Below are positions 60,415 to 64,000 of a DNA stretch of 64,000 nucleotides, one piece after another. Position numbers and translations under genes: made by a program. Under the pieces are notes generated by a model. That model did not search any database. It saw nothing but the letters and a program-made list of their open reading frames with translations, and was not told where the DNA came from. The first letter of the stretch is position 1. Every line of letters begins with the position of its first letter. The DNA is from Candidatus Dormiibacterota bacterium (GTDB lineage: Bacteria > Chloroflexota > Dormibacteria > Aeolococcales > Aeolococcaceae). The stretch lies in contig CAVVVH010000001.1 in the NCBI GenBank assembly GCA_963751755.1, positions 35,140-99,139 of the forward strand, read 5' to 3'.

Positions 60415-62685
60415 CTACCGGCTGTGCGTCGACCCGCCGCGCCGGTCGGGGTGGTTCTTGCGTCGTTGCGCCCGCCGGCGACGGTCGGTCTCCGGGGCGG
60501 GCTGGCCGAGCAGGCGCTTCTGGAAATCTTCGATGGGCATGGGGCGCGCGAAGAAGAAGCCCTGCGCCGCGGTGTAGCCGAGCTCGATGAGGGTCGCCGC
60601 TTCCTCCGCGGTCTCGACTTCCTCGGCGACGATGTCGGCGCCGATGGCGGCACTGAGCTGGAGGATCGCCGCGGCCATGTGGCGTGCCTCCTGGCGCAGG
60701 TTCACGTCAGTCACGAACGCTCGATCCAGCTTGATGACGTCGACGGGGAGCCGCTGCAACCGAGCCAGCGACGAGTAGCCGGTCCCGAAGTCGTCGATGG
60801 CCACACGAATGCCCTGGGAGCGCAGCCGGTCGAAGGCCCTGCGAACGTGAACGACGTCGTCCATGAGCGCGCTCTCGGTCACTTCGATGGTCAACGACGA
60901 CGGGGGCAGCTCGGACTCCGCGAGGACGTGTTCCACCCACTCGGCGAACCGGCCGCCGACGATCTGCCGCGCTGACACGTTGACACCGACCCGCAGTGGC
61001 TGGGCCGACTGCAGCGCGGCCGCGTCGGCGCAGGCGGTTTCCATCACCCATCGCCCGATCGGCACGATCAGTCCGCACTGTTCGGCGATGGGGATGAACT
61101 CCGCCGGCGGCACCGGTCCGCGTTCGGGGTGTGTCCAACGCAGGAGGGCCTCGGCCCCGCGGATCCGCCCGTCGAGCAGGCTGACGATGGGTTGATAGAC
61201 GAGCCTGAGGCCCGCGGTGCGCAGGGCGACCCGCAGGCCACCCTGGATGGCGAGACGGTCCTCGACAGCGCGCCGCATCTCGCGGTCGAAGAGCCGGTAC
61301 TGCCCGGTGCCCGCGGTCTTGGCATGCGACAGCGCCGAGTTGGCGTTGCCGATCAGGGTCGAGGACGAGCCAGACGCCTGCCTGAGGGCGACCCCCACCC
61401 CGGCGGTGACCCGGAGCACATGCCCGCCCGCATGCACCTCGCTCTCCATCGCGGCGCGGACCCTGTCCGCGGCCTGCACAGCCTCGGGAGCGTCGAGGTC
61501 CCCGGCGAACACGACGGCGAACTCGTCGCCACCGTTGCGGGCCACCATCATCCCCGGGAAGGCGCTGGATATCCGGCTGCTGACCTCTGAGAGGACGGCG
61601 TCGCCGACCTCCTGGCCAAGGCCCTCGTTGATCAGCGTGAAGTCGTCGATGTCCACGACCAGCAGGGCGCCCGGCCCCCGTCCAGTGGAGGCCAGCGCGT
61701 TGAGATGGTCGACCAGCGCCGATCGACCGGGCAGCCCGGTGAGGGCATCATGCTGGGCGACGTAGATGCGCAGCTCCTCCGCCTGATGACGCGCCGCCTC
61801 GGCGGTCACCTCGGTGGTGACGTTGGTGGACACCGCCACGACGCCCACGATGGCGCCGCGGTCGTCGCGCATTGGTCCGTGCAGCGTCAGGTACGTCTGC
61901 TGGTTGACGAGGGTTCGGGTGGTCGACTCGGTGCCCTGCAGCGCACGCCGAAGCGCCGTCAGCGTCGGTCGATGCTGCGTGAACTCGGAGACGTGTTTGC
62001 CGATGAAGTCCTTGGCATCCGCGCTGCGTCGGGCGAGACCGCCGGCGACGTACGTGAAGCAGAGGTCGAGGTCGAACGCGGTGAAGGTCATCGGCAGCGT
62101 CGCGATCGCCGCGTCGATGAGCGCCTGGCTGCGATGCCGGACGGCCTCGTCGGCATGCTGCTCGGTGCGGTCCTGGAGGGTGACGAGCAACTGGATCGGG
62201 TGCTGCTCATCATCGCGGATGACGCTGACCGTCGACAGTGCCGGGAAGATGGTTCCGTCCCGGCACTGCAGGTAGCGGTTCGCGGTGTAGCTGTCCGTGT
62301 TGCCGTCGGCGAGGCGCTCGAGACTGTCCGCGACCGGGCTCTGGTTGGTGGGAAACAGGGCGGAGACGTCCTGGCCGACGAGCTCGTCGACCCTGAACCC
62401 GGTCACCGCGCAGAGAGCTCGGTTGACCACGTCGATCCGGTACGAGGGGAAATCGACGATGAGCTGGCCCAGCGCGCTGCGCTCGAACACCGTCTGGTAG
62501 AGGCGCAGTCCCTCCTGGAGCGCCGCCGCGTGGGCGACCCAGAGGCTCGCCGTGATCCTTGCCTGCCGTGCGCGCGCTGACGTGGTCACACCGAGGATGG
62601 GGCGCGCGGGCTCCGACGCAGGCCCGCCGCCCCGCGCGTGCGGTGCATCGACGGTGGAGATCAGCTCCACGGCGTTCTCCGTCAC
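60415..62685 (-). CDS. PAS-PAS-GGDEF-EAL signalling protein
   Basis: Intact 756 aa. Two PAS-like segments, then LTGLPGR...GGDEFAVVF, EALLRW, DDFGTGYSSL, KLDRAF and QGFFFARP. Confidence 0.9.
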   Translation of the reverse strand: MTENAVELISTVDAPHARGGGPASEPARPILGVTTSARARQARITASLWVAHAAALQEGLRLYQTVFERSALGQLIVDFPSYRIDVVNRALCAVTGFRVDELVGQDVSALFPTNQSPVADSLERLADGNTDSYTANRYLQCRDGTIFPALSTVSVIRDDEQHPIQLLVTLQDRTEQHADEAVRHRSQALIDAAIATLPMTFTAFDLDLCFTYVAGGLARRSADAKDFIGKHVSEFTQHRPTLTALRRALQGTESTTRTLVNQQTYLTLHGPMRDDRGAIVGVVAVSTNVTTEVTAEAARHQAEELRIYVAQHDALTGLPGRSALVDHLNALASTGRGPGALLVVDIDDFTLINEGLGQEVGDAVLSEVSSRISSAFPGMMVARNGGDEFAVVFAGDLDAPEAVQAADRVRAAMESEVHAGGHVLRVTAGVGVALRQASGSSSTLIGNANSALSHAKTAGTGQYRLFDREMRRAVEDRLAIQGGLRVALRTAGLRLVYQPIVSLLDGRIRGAEALLRWTHPERGPVPPAEFIPIAEQCGLIVPIGRWVMETACADAAALQSAQPLRVGVNVSARQIVGGRFAEWVEHVLAESELPPSSLTIEVTESALMDDVVHVRRAFDRLRSQGIRVAIDDFGTGYSSLARLQRLPVDVIKLDRAFVTDVNLRQEARHMAAAILQLSAAIGADIVAEEVETAEEAATLIELGYTAAQGFFFARPMPIEDFQKRLLGQPAPETDRRRRAQRRKNHPDRRGGSTHSR

Positions 62686-62791
62686 CCTCGGATCATGGGC
62701 CGCCTCGGCGGGGGCCTCTGGCTCCGGTCAGCTTCGGATCAGGACACGCCCATCGGCGTTGCATCGGCTGCGTTGCCGGCGTGCAGGTCGC

Positions 62792-63310
62792 TCAGTCTGC
62801 GGCCGGCACCGTGAGCCCGAACCGCGCCACCACGTCCGGCAGCCAGTTCGGGCTGCCGAAGCTCAGGCCGTACCGCGATGCGATGCCGGCCATCGCCTCG
62901 AAGGTGAAACCGCCGCTGTCGACGAGGTCGGCAAGCTCCATGAAGAACCGCTCGAAGCCCGCAGGACTGATGATCTCGATCATGCGTGCCCGCGTCGGGC
63001 CGGCGTTCCACATCGCGTGCATCTCGTTGCGCGGCTTGGTGATGTAGCCCCCCGGTCCGAGCACCGCCTCGCGGTCGCCGGAGCGGAATCCGATCTCGCC
63101 CTCGAGCACGATCGAGTACTCGTCCTCGCGCGTGTGCAGGTGGGGCGGCACCAGTGCGCCGATCTCGAAAGGGTGCTCGACCACGGCGACGGCGCCGCCG
63201 GTGTCGGTGCCGTCCAGCTTGAACACGACGCCGATTCCCGGGGCGAGGCCGCCGGCGCGTCCGTCGCCGGGTTGGATGACGGTCAGCGGCGGGGCTTCAG
63301 TGGTAATCAA
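62792..63310 (-). CDS. cupin-domain protein
   Basis: PPHLHTREDEYSIVLEGEIGF...GGYITKPRNEMHAMWN, cupin motifs 1 and 2. Start is TTG 63310 (AAGGGA RBS) or ATG 63391. Confidence 0.7.
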   Translation of the reverse strand: MITTEAPPLTVIQPGDGRAGGLAPGIGVVFKLDGTDTGGAVAVVEHPFEIGALVPPHLHTREDEYSIVLEGEIGFRSGDREAVLGPGGYITKPRNEMHAMWNAGPTRARMIEIISPAGFERFFMELADLVDSGGFTFEAMAGIASRYGLSFGSPNWLPDVVARFGLTVPAAD

Positions 63311-63329
63311 GGCGTCCCTTTGGATTGGA

Positions 63330-63399
63330 TGAACGATACTGTTCACCAGAGTGAGCGCAACCAGCCTGGCTGTCAAGAGTTGAGTGAACATGGCCGTTC
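63330..63399. promoter_or_regulatory. paired TGAAC/GTTC inverted repeats (candidate TetR operators)
   Basis: TGAAC-GATACT-GTTCA at 63330-63345 and TGAAC-ATGGCC-GTTC at 63385-63399, in the divergent cupin/TetR intergenic region. Confidence 0.45.
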
Positions 63400-63400
63400 T

Positions 63401-63990
63401 GTGAAACGGCGGCCCTACCGCATGCGAGCGCGGGCCGAGCAGGCGGACGCCACGCGTCAGCGCATCGTCGAGGCCACCGTGTACCTGCACAGCACCGTGG
63501 GCCTGGCCGCGACCACCGTCACCGGGATCGCCGAGCAGGCCGGGGTGACCCGTCTCACCGTGTACCGGCACTTCCCCAACCTCGATGAGCTGTTCGTGGC
63601 GTGCAAACTGCCACTGGTCGGATCAGCAGGTGCAACCCGACGTGGCCGCCTGGACGCGCGAGCCCAACCCGGTGGCGCGGCTCACCCTTGGGCTCAGCGA
63701 CCTGTACCGCTTCTACCGGGGCGGAGAGGCGATGCTGACCAACGTCCTTCGCGACTGGGAGGTGCTGCCCGAGCAGGTCCGGCAGAGCAATCAGGACACC
63801 GACGCGCATCTGCGGGATGTGCTGCTGGACGCCGTTTGCGGCACACGGCAGCAGCCGCCGCCGGCTGCGGGCGGTGCTGGGGCACGCTGTCGCCTTTCCC
63901 ACCTGGCGTTCTCTCTGTGTGGACCAGGGGCTGTCCGATCGTGAGGCCGTCGAGACGATGAAGGCGCTCGCGCTGACGGCCGCGTCCTAG
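63401..63990 (+). pseudogene. TetR-family regulator (frame disrupted)
   Basis: RQRIVEATVYLHSTVGLAATTVTGIAEQAGVTRLTVYRHFPNLDELF HTH. The C-terminal parts lie in other frames (ORF 63585-63944, then ...RRLRAVLGHAVAFPTWRSL...). Confidence 0.7.
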
Positions 63991-64000
63991 CGCGACGCAC

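Overview
A 64 kb, very GC-rich (about 70% by eye), gene-dense window that looks like Actinomycetota chromosome. I found no rRNA, tRNA, CRISPR array, transposase or integrase.

The centrepiece (25.3-40.0 kb) is a complete high-affinity group 1h (formerly group 5) [NiFe]-hydrogenase locus:
- a divergent PadR regulator;
- hhyS and hhyL, with the TSRICGICGDNH and SFDPCLPCGVH signatures and no Tat signal on the small subunit;
- five translationally coupled accessory genes of unknown function: a NifU-like protein, a Cys-rich protein, and three with no recognisable motif;
- the endopeptidase;
- an unusual Cys-less hypA bracketed by two micropeptide ORFs that are absent from the ORF track;
- hypF, a duplicated SIS-HypC two-gene module, hypD and hypE. 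No hypB is present in the window.

Upstream (0-10 kb) is a signalling block. It holds a cNMP-binding protein, a REC-HTH-adenylate cyclase hybrid, three tandem paralogous sensor kinases and two response regulators.

Next (10-25 kb) come:
- a cold-shock gene, a sortase-type surface protein with tandem Ig-like repeats, a methyltransferase and a glycosyltransferase;
- an operon of two ferritin-like proteins with twin-arginine-type signals and a cupredoxin lipoprotein, divergent from tatA and tatC;
- an ABC-F ATPase flanked by two copies of a ~126-nt palindromic repeat;
- housekeeping-type enzymes.

Downstream (40-64 kb) are:
- a zinc-ribbon/cyclase/AAA/TPR giant regulator and a Crp/Fnr regulator;
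- an amidohydrolase, an alcohol dehydrogenase, a DUF3048-like lipoprotein and a FUSC-type membrane protein;
- two GGDEF-EAL proteins, an MMPL transporter and TetR regulators;
- a four-gene hxlR-DinB-doxX-hemerythrin operon.

Major caveat: many genes at 1.7-8.3 kb, 33.5-57.3 kb and 63.4-64 kb can only be read by changing frame one to more than ten times. About 24 kb (8.3-33.4 kb) and about 6 kb (57.5-63.3 kb) are frame-perfect. I cannot tell sequencing or assembly indels from real pseudogenes. Coordinates of disrupted genes are approximate, and they are typed as pseudogene only for that reason.
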